From: Octopus bimaculoides
Lineage: Eukaryota
NCBI RefSeq assembly: GCF_001194135.2
Contig: NC_068990.1
Location: 84,097,634-84,161,633 of the forward strand
Length of the DNA stretch: 64,000 bases
Reading direction: 5' to 3'
The translations under genes and the position numbers were made by a program. How positions within the stretch are numbered: position 1 is the stretch's first letter; every line of letters starts with the position of its first letter. The notes below the pieces were generated by a model. The model saw only the letters and a program-made list of their open reading frames with translations, did not search any database and was not told the DNA's origin. Shown in pieces: positions 25,101 to 39,400 of the stretch.

Positions 25101-28100
25101 TATTTTACGTGCTACCTGCACAGGAGCCAGTCCAGTGGCACAAGCAACGATCTTGCTCAAATGTCTTTTCACGTGCCACCGGCACAAGTACCGGGAAGGC
25201 GACGCTGGTAACGTGAAGTTACAAAATATCAACTGCTAAGATTAAAACGATGTATATTTATCATTGCTATCAAAATACTGGTTTCAAATTTTGGCACAAG
25301 GCCAGCAAGTTCAGGAGACACAGTAAGTCCAGTTGTATCAACTCCAGTACTCAACCGGTACTTATTTTGTCAACTCCAAAGTCAACCCTTCAGCAGAACT
25401 GGAACTCAGAACATAAACACAGGCAAAATGCTGCTAAGCATATTAACAATTCTGCTAGCTCACCACTTTAATTGCTATCAAAATATCAAAACTTTATTTG
25501 ACATACAACACTAAGATATTACTGCAATGTTATTATCCAAGGACTGGCTCTTGTGCGGGTGGCACATAAAAGACACCATTTCGAGCGTGGCCGTTTTCGT
25601 GCGGGTGACACGTAAAAGCACCCACTACACTCTCTGAGTGGTTGGCGTTAGGAAGGGCATCCAGCTGTAGAAACTCTGCCAAATTAGATTGGAGCCTGGT
25701 GTTGCCATCCGGTTTCACCAGTCCTCAGTCAAATCGTCCAACCCATGCTAGCATGGAAAGCGGACGTTAAACGGTGATGATGATGATGATGATGATGATG
25801 ATACTTGATGCACATTTGAACTGGGGAACAAGCTACTCACTAGTTTATTACATTTTATAATGAAACATGGAACTGAAATATAATCTTTTCTACCCTAGGC
25901 ACAAAACCCGAAATTTTGGGGGAGTAGGTCAGTTGATTAGATCAACCCCAGTATACAATTGGTATTTAATTTATCGACCCTGAAAGGATAAAAGGCAAAG
26001 TTAACCTTGGTGAATGTTAAGACTTCACCTAAGGTATTGCCAAGACCATTGCTATCAATCATAGATATTCTGGAGAGTGGGCATTGCACTGTAATTAAAG
26101 AAACAAAATACATCATGTCACTGAAATAAATGATCACTAAGAAATACAGCACTCACCATATAATCAATGTCATCCACACTAAAACGTTCTCGAAGGTTCC
26201 GAAATACCATAGGGCAGTATTCTTTGACTTTAAAATGGCTTGGCATATTCTCCCTAGAAGTAAATGACACAGAGAATGAATATATATTTATATTTTATTT
26301 GTACATACACACACATACACAAATGTGTATATATGAACAAAATGAAATTAAGTAAAAACAAAAAATGGCTTATGAAGTAATGTTTTCTTTTATAAATTTT
26401 TTTTTTAATGTTTCTTTAAATGCCATGAAATAAGAATGGTCTCTGTAAAATTTGAGTGCAGTCATGGAACATTATTTACCTTTATTTCAGTAGCATCCAG
26501 CACAGGATTTAAAACTCATTAAAAATAAAGAAAACAGATGTCTCTATTATTTTTTAAACCATTAAGTATTAACGTGAAGAAATAGCTATAGTGCCCCACA
26601 ATGCTATAGTGAAATAAACGGCAGAGTAGTTAGTTAGGTAACCGTAATTATATCATAAAGCATAGTGTATTGGTTGTTATATATGGAATTGTATTAGAAA
26701 GCCACACAAATGATTGAAGTTTGTATATTATGAGTAAACTTCATTTTTAAAAATTGCTATATTATTCAGAGATTATAATAATTCTTACATATTTATCAAA
26801 ATATGCGATATTCAGAAGTGTTGCTTATGGGACTATGGGTTTAGCACAATTCACAGAAAATTTCTGACAAGGGTTGTGACGAGAACACTTGTCACTGCAG
26901 AATTATGCAAATAATAGTTATATACACTTTACAATAATTTTGTATGAAATTAAAACGGAAGTTTTTTTTTTTTGTTTTTTTTTTTTTCTGTTTCATTATA
27001 TTGCAAAAATTAAGTTTATTTGCCAGTCCACACACACAATTTTATATTTATATAAGGCCAGTTATGTAAAAGACAGGGTGAGTATATTTTCCTACAATTG
27101 GTCTTGGTATGTTCATTTTAAGTTATTTATTTTATCAATCCTCCATAGATGGAAGGTAAAATTGTTCCTGGTGGGATTTGAACTCAGAATGTAAAAAGAT
27201 AGAAGTAAAATATTATAAAACAATATAATTATTGCAAAAATTAAGAAAAAAAGAAAATAATCACCCGCTACATTTTTTTTCAAATTTGAAAACTAATTTT
27301 CTTAGTTACTATCGAATTATGTAACAATACTAGTGCACAAACTATTTGCATTAGTCTAGTATAAAGCACACCATGCCAGAGAACCTTTGAATAGGTAAAT
27401 ATTGGTGAGCAGGATATATTAGGAAAAAAAAACTTGGATTGGTATACGTTGCAGAAAGATTATTTTGTGTTATACAGTACCAAAAAGCAGATACGGATAG
27501 AGAAGGAGAGTCGGGTAGGAAACCAAACAAATAAGTTTCATGGTTTAAAACAAAGATATCACAAGAGATATCATAATTATTCTATTTACTACCTACAGTA
27601 GTACTACTTCCTGCAAGGAAAATATGTTTTAAACAACTTCTTTTTTATTTTTTTTTTTTAAATATTAACAATCAGCATTTACATTGATGTTTCTGTTTAA
27701 TAAATTGATTTATTCCAAAGCTTCCCAAAAAAATCCTTTATGTGCCATCAAATAACATCTGACTAAATACTCAATAGAAACACTACAAATTAAGTTATAA
27801 CAAGAAAAAAATGATATTCTTAATTTTCAAAATTGGTGCAAGGAAGAAAAGTCTAAAGCCCCCCCCCCCCCCCCCCCCCGCCTCCCCAGTGGGATTTGAA
27901 ATAATAAGGCAGAGAATGTAAGATATTCAATCAACCTGATATTCTGTCATTTTACCACTGACAGAACAATTGCTAATTTAATAACAGGAAAAATATGTAT
28001 AGAGCTCACCAATAGGCATTATAGGAATACTATTGAAATGTTAAATGAATGAAATAAAGCCAAACTTGCCTCAGACACATCATATATAATGTGATATATT

Positions 28101-31100
28101 GTCAAGACAAAGTTTGAAGGAAATTGAAGAGGAAAAAAGATTCAATAATGCTGAAACTTTTATATTCTCAGTTGAATATTTCCTTAGCCATTGTATTTCT
28201 TCTTGCAGGTCAATATCTATGAAATTAAATCCCTAAACTTGACTGGTCTCAGAAGATATATGCTTTTGCAGTTGACATCTTGTGAGTCATTTGAGGCTCA
28301 ATGGTCAAAGCATATATCTTCTCAGTCCAGTCAACTTTAAGGATTCCCGCTCATGGACATTAAGCCTGGGAGAAGAAATGCAACAACTAAACATTCAGCT
28401 AAGAACATCACTATTGAATTTTATTTTTATTTTCTTTTCAAAACTTTGAGAAAAATAATTTTACACCAATCAATATATCAGATTATGTTGTAGAAAACAA
28501 AGTTATATTTCTAGGTTTTATTATTTCATTCTTAGCTGTCATAATATTTTGAGGGTCTGATAAGATAACCTTCCCAGAATATGGTTTTGGCGTTAACTCT
28601 TACATGGAAAATATTCCCCAACTTGAAGCTTCAAAAGATTTTTTTTTTTTTTTTATCTGATATCTTGAGATGGTTTTACATAAAGTGCTTTCTTTCAGCG
28701 ATTGCATCAGTACAAACTAAATATTCTAGAACAAATAAGCACCAAAGCAAATTATGGTAGTAAAGATACAACAGAGAGATATCAAGGAACATACTGAAAT
28801 TATGTTATAGTGGTGTACCAAACAAAAACTTTTCACAAGAACCCATGCACTTTGATTTAAAATAAAAGCAGATTGGTGCACTAAAACTAAGGAAATTCAC
28901 ACAATTTTGTTTGAAACAACAATGAATACTATTTTATTATGATCTTTTTTTAACCATGGCACAATACCTCCCGTTTACAGGAGAAATTTTAATCACTTGA
29001 CATCTAGTATCCATTTAACTGACCCCAGGAAGATGAAATGCAAAATCAAAGGTAAGAGGCAAACTTTGAACTCAAACTGAAAGAAAACAAAATTAATTCT
29101 GAAAAAGTATTTAGTCCTATGTTTTTTCCATTTCTGCTACAACACCAATTACTATTGATTCTATTTTACCTTATTTTCCTCGTTTCCAATCAATGCAATT
29201 TCACTGACAATCAGACTATGATCATAAGTTTCAATATTAAATAGACTTCAGATCTTAAATACCAAAAACAAATCTGATATACTAGTGATGTGTATGCATC
29301 CATCTATACTATAATGTACCTATAAAACAATAAAATATTCTTACTATTTACCTAACATAAATTGCCCATATATACATATATATATATATATATATCTTTT
29401 TAAGGCAGATAATTCATTGCAATATAACAGAACTTTATCAAACGTAAATATTAGAACAAACAAACAACATGAAATACCAACACAAGGTGCAGTGCATAAA
29501 GCTGTGCATGGTCAGAACTACTAAACCAACAGAAGAAGTAAAGTTTTTAACAAACAGATAATAAGTATAAATGGCTCCAAAAGAATAGAATTCAGCTCAA
29601 ATTTCAGTCGTATTGAACAAATGAGAGATACATGCTTTCAGAGATAAGACAGCAGTCTATTACAGGTGACATTCCTAGATGATGATTTGGAACAGGTTCC
29701 TGATAATAGAGATGCACTGGTTTAAGAAAACAGCATGGGCATAATGGCTTTGAATCTATGACATGAGTCAACTGTCTCACAAGATTGTCCACTTTTTCAA
29801 CCTATCTTTACTATCAACTAGAACCCAACGAACCATTGAGAGCCTTTAGACAAACATTTGAAGCACAATAAATAGTAGCTTTATCTACCACAAATCTTAC
29901 TCCACAATCTTACAAAAAACTAAAACACATTATATAATGTGTTTCTAGATACTAGAAAAATGGGTGGAATGGTCAAAATCCAAATGCCTATGATAATATA
30001 TTTGCCTGGTCAAGGTTTATCCAGGACTAAACAACAACGGCAATGAAACAATGTTGTGCAACCTGCTAGAAGTAGCAGTAAATCTCATTCAAATCAACAC
30101 CACTGTCTTAGATAATGTCGTCTTAGGTGTACCTTTAAAAAGATTGCATGGTTGGAACTGCAGTGCCTTTGATCAGAGATCAACTCAATGGGGGTTGACT
30201 TGGGGTTAAACTATGATTTGAAATGCGATGTACATCTTGAATGGTTTTTCTATTAAATCATGACTAACAATAACACTCCAGAGATTTTAAAATTAACAAA
30301 ATATGCATAACCACGCGTGTGCACGCGCATGTGCACATTTGCGGAGAGGGAAATCATTTTAATGTATATGTGTACAAACTTAAATATACATTGTGTGTGT
30401 GTGTGTGTGTGTGTGCATGTGAAATCTCAAATGAGTAGTACATATGTGTATGCATGAAAGCAAGAATAAGTACAGTTAGAGAGTTGATGTGGGATGGGTC
30501 ACAAATACATGGATTGTAAGTAAGAATTATTTAGAGTAACAGTGTTATAATGATTGACAAGATTAAAACACTTGAGTTGTAAACAGGAAAAAAAATAATT
30601 TCCCAGAAGAGATAACTACATGAAACCCTGCAAGCACATCATATTACAAATAACAACAGTTAATATCTAATGCAAATCAACTTCACACATTCATTTCTGC
30701 ATAATGTCTGTAAAACCAGGTCAGCCCTTAAGTACGTCTGTGTGTGTGTATACACGTCCACAAGCATGCACACACATTCTTAGATATACATATACTCATC
30801 AAAAGTTTTCAATAACTTACTCTCTACAAGAATCTACACTGATCTTTGGAAACATGCTAGAGTGTTCCATTCTCAAGAAAAGGCAATCCCTCTGATCCTG
30901 TCAAATGATGGAGACAGACATTTAATAACGACATACTCCAATACCTATCCTTATGTTAGTACAGTTTCCATAATGTCAGACCCCATAGATACCTACTTTC
31001 CTGTGATACACACCATGGGTTCACTCATCAGAGAAATTCTGTGAAAAAAACACCATCCTTAGCAATTTCCAGCTATAATGAGCATGTGAATCACCAATCG

Positions 31101-31429
31101 AAGTTTCCACCCAATGGGCTCCAGCTAGGCCTTCATCTACTAACAGTTTACTATCACATGTGCTGGCACAGTTATTTCTGTCCCACTCAGTCAATTCCAA
31201 TATACTTCCACATCTAGTTTTGCACTCTACCCTCTTCCTTTCGGATATGAACGACTTACTTGCTTTCATGTCCAACACACAAATGAATCAACCCTTCATT
31301 GCTCTCTAATCTTCCATAGTTATCTAGACATGTGATCTAGACACCACACACCAAAACTGCAACAATTCCATGATTGGTGACCTCAAAAACATCCTCCTAA
31401 GGGATCATGCCAGTCTTGTCTCTTTCATC

Positions 31430-31465
<36 letters not shown>

Positions 31466-34400
31466 CCTTTTTACTAAAGGCACGTAACTTGAAATTTGTG
31501 AAGAGAGGATAAGTCAATCACATCGACCCCAGTACTTGACATATTTTAATTTATCAACCCTGAAAGGATGAAAGGCAAAGTCGACCATGGCAGAATTTGA
31601 ACTCAGAATATTTGGACAAAGGAAATACCACCAAGCATTTTGCTTGGCTTGATAACATAAGGCCTTAATATCTTTCCTGCCAAAAGAACATGCTAAAACA
31701 TGACTAGGACTGCATCTTAAAGACTGGCCCTTTTCAGGAGCACAAAAAACTTCAGCCTCTAACAATACTGACATTTTACAAAGCTCAGTTGAGGCCTGCA
31801 ATGGAGTCACTGCTCCCAGTTCTGATGCAATGTTACTGCTGCACACAGATATCCTAAACAGCATCCAGAGAAAGCCAATTTGCTGATTGGCATAAAATCA
31901 CTCAGAAATACTGCAGCCTCTGGCCCACAGCTCACAAGTATGTTTCATTTTTCTGCTTTCTCTACTGCTATAATAATGACTTCTGTTTCTTGATGCTAGT
32001 TGTTTTTATGCTGCTGCTTCTGAGATGCCACCAACTTACTCTTCTGTCCTCCTCCTCATATTACCCATATTGTGTCCAACAACCTGGGCCACACACTATA
32101 TATAAATACAAACAACGCAATATTTTCTATCAAACCACATTTTGCATGTAAATTATGTAAGTGGAGCAATACACTGTGTTGATAATAATTTTCACAGAGA
32201 ACTATGAACCTCTTACACGTTACATTAATGTAATGTAGACAAAAGAATCACTACAATTATTCTCTACATCTTCCTAAATGAGACAATTTGTAAAACTGTT
32301 TGTACTCAGTTTATATTTTGAAATTCTTGTCATCATATAAGATTACTTCACAAGGATGTACACATGAAGGCTGTGAGTCACTGGCCAAGAGAGTTCATTA
32401 CCAATGGAGCCAGACAACTTCTTGATGTTGTCTATTACATATTTTAAAGGATATTGTATCCAACTCATATAAGATGGTTCCATTTTGGGGCATTTTCCTT
32501 TAAACAACCAACATCTGGACTGTGTTACCACACTGATCAGAATCTTATGAGGAAATTTCCAGATAAATGTTTACTAAACTGCAAAGTCGGGAATATAAAC
32601 ACAGCTCATATAACCTTCTCACTAAATTACTTAATTGGTAATAAGAGGTAATTCATTCTGTACCTATCAAAGCCATATTTCTGATTTGTTTCATTGGTGG
32701 TGTTTTGCTCTTTAGAGCTTGGTGAGTGCACCAAACTTGAATAAAGTTTGGAAATAAATATACTAAATCTATTATAGTGGAAAGTAAGTAATATTCGGCA
32801 CCTAAGTATTTTTGAAACTCGCTCTGTCTACAGTGACCGAGGACAGTTTACATTTAATGTAGTTCTTAAAATCTAAACAAACCAATGCTGAAAACACTGG
32901 TTCTGGCTGAGCACACTTGCAATCAATGATATTACAACTATGACCATCCAGATTCCCCACTTACACCAGACATATTTGAAAGATATTTGCCTGTTATTTC
33001 TCAGCAGACTAACTGCTCACATAGAAGTTCTTTCCCAGCATGTTCTACATGTAGTTGTACTACTACATAGTATCAAAGACATAGAGACAGATCATAACAT
33101 CTCATCATGTAACATTAATATAATCTTAATTCAGAGATAACAATAACAATATTTAATATCAGGATTTTAAAATTTTGCACTTTTCATATTTGATAACTGA
33201 CCTGTCCTTATCATAGGCGCAACGACAGCTTTTGTAAGCCACTCTTTAAATGACTTTCCCTTGTAGTTATAATATGCAAACTTTTTACCCTTATTTAGGC
33301 TTTCAAAGTGAATTTTTTCTGTCATACTGGTGATAAATGCCAAAGTTATGGAGAGAGAAAAAAAGAATCAAATGCAAATTTTTTTCTCCAATTATAATTA
33401 TTCAGTTTTATGTCCATTAAAATTAACTTTGAAGAAGCTCAAAATTTAAACTTCTTTTATGTATCACACATAGAAAAAATATGTGATGTTTTTATCGCTA
33501 AATAAAAGGAACAAAAAAATGTACTTGAGATAGTCCATGTGGCAAGAGAATATAGGTAGGTAAAGCTAAAAATACATTAATATAATTAATTCACCACCGC
33601 CAACATACCTTTGTTGGAACATAAATATCTACAGAATATACCATATAACTTTGATAACTTTTGATAGGTTGCAGCCAGTATAGGCACAGGTCATGTCTAA
33701 CTTAATAGCACCAAAAAAATAGGAAGATAAATATCTAAAAAAAAAAAAAAAAAATTACAAATCAAACTATACTAATATAGTTTCCTTAAGCTGCAGGTAA
33801 TAAATCTTGCTTCATCATCTCTGCCATCTCATTCAGATAGCAATAAAACAGAAATTTCCTCATTAGTTTAAAATAAATAAGTAAATAAATAAAACCTGTT
33901 TCCTAAACACTTCAAAATGTCAATGACAACAGACATCAGCAACATATCAAAATTCTACAACCAGGAAAATGAGCTGCAATTTCACACGCACACGCACACA
34001 CACACACACACATACGCGCGCGCATGCACACACCACTCCAGTTTCTTTTTCAGCAAACTATTTTGGTTTCCTTAAATCCTGAAAACAAAAGCCACAGATT
34101 TTCAAATGAGTTGTATTGCAAGCTATCTCCTGGCAAATTATTTTAGCTTTTTTCAATTCCTGAAAACAATAAGAAAATCAAGGGACATTCTTTATTATCC
34201 ATGTTACTTTCTATTTATGAATTTCTTTTGAATTTACTTAATAATTCCTCTGCTTGTTTCCATGTCACTTCTCTCATTACTTAGATGAGACAGAGAGAAA
34301 TCATTTACTCTGTACTCCCTAAAATCAAAATCAACTTGGTGTTGTTTCTTGTGATCATTAACAATCTGTTCCACAATTATTACCTTACTAAGTTTGCTAA

Positions 34401-36362
34401 CCCCTCTAGGAAACAAATCTGAACCCATTTTATAGGCATATAAAGTAGAATCATTTGACATTGCTATTGACACCTTGAATCTCCATAACAACATAGTTTT
34501 TCTTAGCAAATGAAACTATTTTTAACTCTTTCAAATCTGCAATGCTGTTCATACATTATAGTTTCTATTTCAGTTATAGCTGCAATGTATACTAACAAAA
34601 TAACGAATAAATAATTTGGGGCAAAAATATTCTAGCTTTCACCAAGACTGATAAATATAATTAACACAGTAAACATCAATTACATTTCAAATGCAACAGT
34701 ATTTATATATTTATTTTCCCAAAGTAGGAACACAGGGTTTAGATCCAATTTAAGAGGGGAAGACAGCTGATGTTATTCTATTTTGTACTAATTAATACTA
34801 TCTGCTTCTGTATATTTATGACTTCTTATTTACACTGTTACACTGAGTAATAACAAGTATTTTAACCACACATTTTACGTTGCATATGATGATGATGATA
34901 CAAATACACATAGATATGCAATCATATATACCCAACCTTCACACACATCTACACAGGTAAGCATATACACACAGAAGCACACATACACACAAAGATTAAA
35001 ACACACACACACACACACACATCAATTTTCTTAAACTAATCTTATTTACATATTGCTTGCCATAATTTAATTTAAATATTTCAAATTTCATTCATTTTGT
35101 TAACAAGCTACTTTTCACACCAAGTTGGTTCCCCAACACCACTTAAATACTTCTATATTTTTTTACCAAATATTTTTATATTTTTCCAAAACTTCCATTA
35201 TGCCATTCAGTGTTATTACAAAGAAGTCAATCAAATAAATATGAAGGACAATTCTACAAAAATGGCAAACAAGTGCAACTAAAGTTCTGTAATTAGCAAT
35301 ACTTAAAACAGCCAATTAACAAGTAAATTCAGATGTGACTTTTACTACTAATGTATTATTTATCACAAAACACAATCACTATTAGTTAGCTGTCTTGCAG
35401 CTGAAATTAAAAAAAGTAACTTGTTCTCATTGTTTTATGACCACAGATCAACAGTCTTTTCAAGTGGCAAACTTTTCTACATTCTATCCATCACTTTTGC
35501 ATCTTGTCAATTGGTGAATTTTCTTTTTGACAACTAATGAGTATTTCTGGTCACTATTTCCATACTTCTTTTTAAGATTTAATGTGATAGTGTTAAAAAG
35601 TTCTGCTTAATAAAGATGGAGTATATGTGGCCAAGTGGTTAAGGTGTTAGGCTCCTGATCTTAAGGTCATGGGTTCAACTCTTGGCTTCTGGTAGCATGT
35701 TCATGAGTAAGGTACTGCATTTCATATTGTTCTTGTCTACTCAGCTGAAAATCAATATTAGTTAACTTACTGGTGCAAATCCTTCCAGTAGTCAAATCAT
35801 CAATGTTCTGCTGGGTCAAGAGTAGGAGAGTCAAGAGTAGAAGAGTCAAGAGTAGAAGAGTCAAGAGGGTTTTTGCTTCTTTGAATCCAAGTTACCCCCA
35901 CTCTGCAACAATTTTAAAATCTTCTCAGTTCAGCAAAGATGTCAACTTAGTCTCTTTGCCTTTATTAATATGCTTGTAAGCATACACAAAAGCAAGGATA
36001 GGCCAGTATAAATTATAAGGTACTGCTGTACTCTCCCTTAATCTCTAAAAATATTTCAAAAACCAAAAGCCCTGTAGCAAATTTCATGTTTGGGTTAAAC
36101 ACCTGTTGAAGAATATCTTTGTCTTAAAAAGTCCATTTGCTTTCCTTCGTTGTTAGTCTGTGATTGAGAGTCACTGTTCAATTGTACTTTGGCAGAGTAG
36201 ACTAAATAAAAAAAAAGAACCTTAATTATTGAGATTTTGAGAATCAGAAAGATTAAACTCAAAGCAATAATATTTGAAACTTTAGCTTCATAATTATAAC
36301 TCAATGGTCAGCATTAAGTAATCATTTTACCTTCTTTATATTGAAGATTTTGCATTTAAATG

Positions 36363-36412
<50 letters not shown>

Positions 36413-39400
36413 AACATGCATAATTTCAAGTGTATGAACAGGGAAATNNNNNNNNNNCATGCATAATTTCAAGTGTATGAACAGGGAAATCTCCAACTCC
36501 TTGTGCTGTTTCATCTAGGGACTGTGGGGGATAGAAATCACTTCTCTAACATCATGTGGATCATTCTTGATAGGGGTCTTACTTACCTTGAGTTTGTAAT
36601 TGCCAATTCTGCCACAGTCAGAAATTGCACGTACTCAACTAGCTTGAAGTATCGCAACTGACCTAATCTGTTGCTATCAGAAGAATACCCTCTTAGGTAA
36701 TTTCAAGTCACTAACCAATGATAAGTTGAATAGAGTACCCCAGGCCCGGCTGGCCCATGCACAATGGCAGGGTGAGTAATTCCTGCTACCTGTAAAGGCC
36801 ATTCTGGTCATGCAAACTCATACATAACCTGAAACCATCAAATTGGTTACTTCCCCACTTGATAACTGTTGTCACTGAAGTTCTACATTCTACAAAGTGC
36901 TAACTAATTGATGCAAACATCTTGCTTGCTCTGCTAAGTGAAGCATCTAATGTAAAAACTGAAGTAGCTGAAATATCACATCCACCAAATGTTGTCTGAC
37001 ACCAGCATCCTTGCTGCTCTACCACATGAGGAATCCCACTAAGATAGTTAAAACACCTGTGGAACCTGAACTGACCAAATGGAGGCCCTCATCAACAAGC
37101 CATTTAAAATTCTTTTTCACACCAATGAAGCATAGACAAATGTAGATATAGTTAAACACTCACACATACATGCAAATACACAAACATACAAGTAATCACA
37201 AGCAGGGTGTTCAGGCTAAAAATTTTTTTTTTTTTTTTACATCTTTTTTTTTTTTCAGGAACAGTTAAAGTTGCAGTTGAGAAAAAGTTAGCTGACATGG
37301 AGGACTGTAAGCCACCTGGATAAGAGTCAGCTGTATCATAAGTTGCACAAGGTATCAAAATGCCAACATGATGACTGCTGCTCAATGTTTTGTGGAAACA
37401 GTAAAAGGTGTAGGACATGATATGGACATCATGAAAACCAAGTCACTCCAAAATGTGATGGACTTGAGTGCGTCTCCAGTGAGGGTGATGTCATGCAACC
37501 CCACATCTTTCAACAGCGACTTAGGTTCAATCAGATAGTTATGTGAATCTGCTGGGAACTGTGATCAAATCCTAGCTGGAGAGGGTTGCTGCCGGAAAAC
37601 CATATTTGTAGCAGCAGGATTTGGCTGAGAAATACACCAACTACTCTGCCTGCATTACCAAGGCCAAACCGATGGCCAAGATCAAGGAGGTTTATGAAGA
37701 TCTTGCCAGGGACACAGTGAGGAATGCCTGAACCAGGTTCCAGAGCTGTGTTCAAGCTGTGGTGGTAGTTGAAGGCAGCTACTTTGATTAAACTTATTTC
37801 CCAGTCATAATCTGGTTGATATATTTTGATTTCTTAAAATACTTCTATTTTTGAATGGGATACTGTGTTTTCTTTTCCTTTTATGCACACAATCAAATTT
37901 TGCCTGAACACCTTGATATACATGCAATCGTAATTCACATGTATACACACACACACACACACACACACATACACATACATATATATCCTACATCATCATC
38001 ATTATACATGTACACATACACATATCCTACATCATCACCATCAATATACATATGTATACACACAAGTATACACACACAAATGAACATACATAATACACAT
38101 ACAGTGTGTATGTGTAGAGCCAAAAAAGCTAAGTGATGCAGGTGGAGAGGCTGGTGAAGGGAAACAGCAGAGAAATATACCAAGCAGTTAGTAGAAAAGC
38201 TAAATACCAGGTGTACTTAGAAAGGGGTGAATCAGAAGGTAAGAGGTTTGCCAATGTTCTGCAGCACTAGGAGTGAAATGTCCTGGATTGCAAGGCAATG
38301 TATTAGAGGCAATGAAGAGATACCATAGTGAGGAAGTGTGTACAGAACGATAACAGCACACTTACTCGGACATTGAAAAGTAAGAGGAATCAAAGTGCTA
38401 TGATGAAAGGCTGCTGCATGAAGAGGATGCATGGAAGAGAGAGGGTTTTTCCCAGCCTAGATGCAACAGATCAGAAACCAACCAGTCAAGTTGATTGTAG
38501 TATGATAGATAGAAGTTGTTATGAAAGCTGAGAAGGAACTTGGTCTAAAAGGAATCATTGCAGAGATGCTTAAAATGTCTGGCAGAGTAGGGTTCAGGCT
38601 AATCATACAGAGTCAGTCAGATAGTGGAGGATGGGTTTTATAAACAAATAACTGGTGTAGCAGTTTCATTGTAAACTGTTATAAGAACAAAGAAAATGCA
38701 TTAGAACTAACAAAAAAAAAAAAGCTGCAAAAGTATAAAATTGTTGGACCAAGTTATTTAAGTTGCATAAAGAGTTACAGCTCAATTGCTTAAAATGAGA
38801 ATTTGCCTATATGGGATGCAGGAAGATGTACTATTGATGCCATCTTGCTTGTGAAACAACAGCAGATAAACAGGAGCAAGCTGCTGTGCCTAGTATTAAT
38901 TGACATGAAGGCCTTTGCTAACTGTCTCTATGATTACGACCAGATGGTCACTGAGAAAGTGAGGAATAGATAAATGGCATGTAAGGACTGTACAAGCCAT
39001 GCACAAAGGTCTAGTCAGTAAAGTGAAAGTCAGTACTGAATACACCAACAAATTCAGCCTGCAGATAAGAGTACACCAGGGCACAGATCTCAATTCCCGT
39101 CATACTGCTCCAGGTCGCAATCGAGTAGTTCAAGACCAGCTAATCATGAGAACTCCAACATGAAGACCTAGTCCTTATAGTTAAATCTGTAGTGGGACGA
39201 AAGGCAAAATTCTTGATGTGAAAGCATAACCTAGAAAAGGGAGACTGCAAAATAAATTTAGCAAAGAAGACAGATTTCTTCGGTCAAGGAAATGCTCTTG
39301 TTTGATACAGCAAAAAGAAATGGGAAGAAATGCCATATGCTGTGCCCAGTCTAAATTATGGTATTAGTGGAATCACAAAAGTTAATGAAGGGAAGTTTTA

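Noticed and set aside
27859-27890. Poly-C tract (G-run on the transcript)
   Set aside because: Simple homopolymer with no supporting context
33980-34035. Alternating purine-pyrimidine (CA/CG) Z-DNA-prone tracts (also 57592-57630)
   Set aside because: Ordinary decayed (CA)n microsatellites, abundant throughout the window
35618-35690. Possible tRNA gene
   Set aside because: Has A and B boxes but no closing acceptor stem; continues into a SINE-like body
36416-36490. Exact 33-nt direct repeat (catgcataatttcaagtgtatgaacagggaaat) on both sides of a 10-N gap
   Set aside because: Classic unmerged contig overlap, i.e. an assembly artefact
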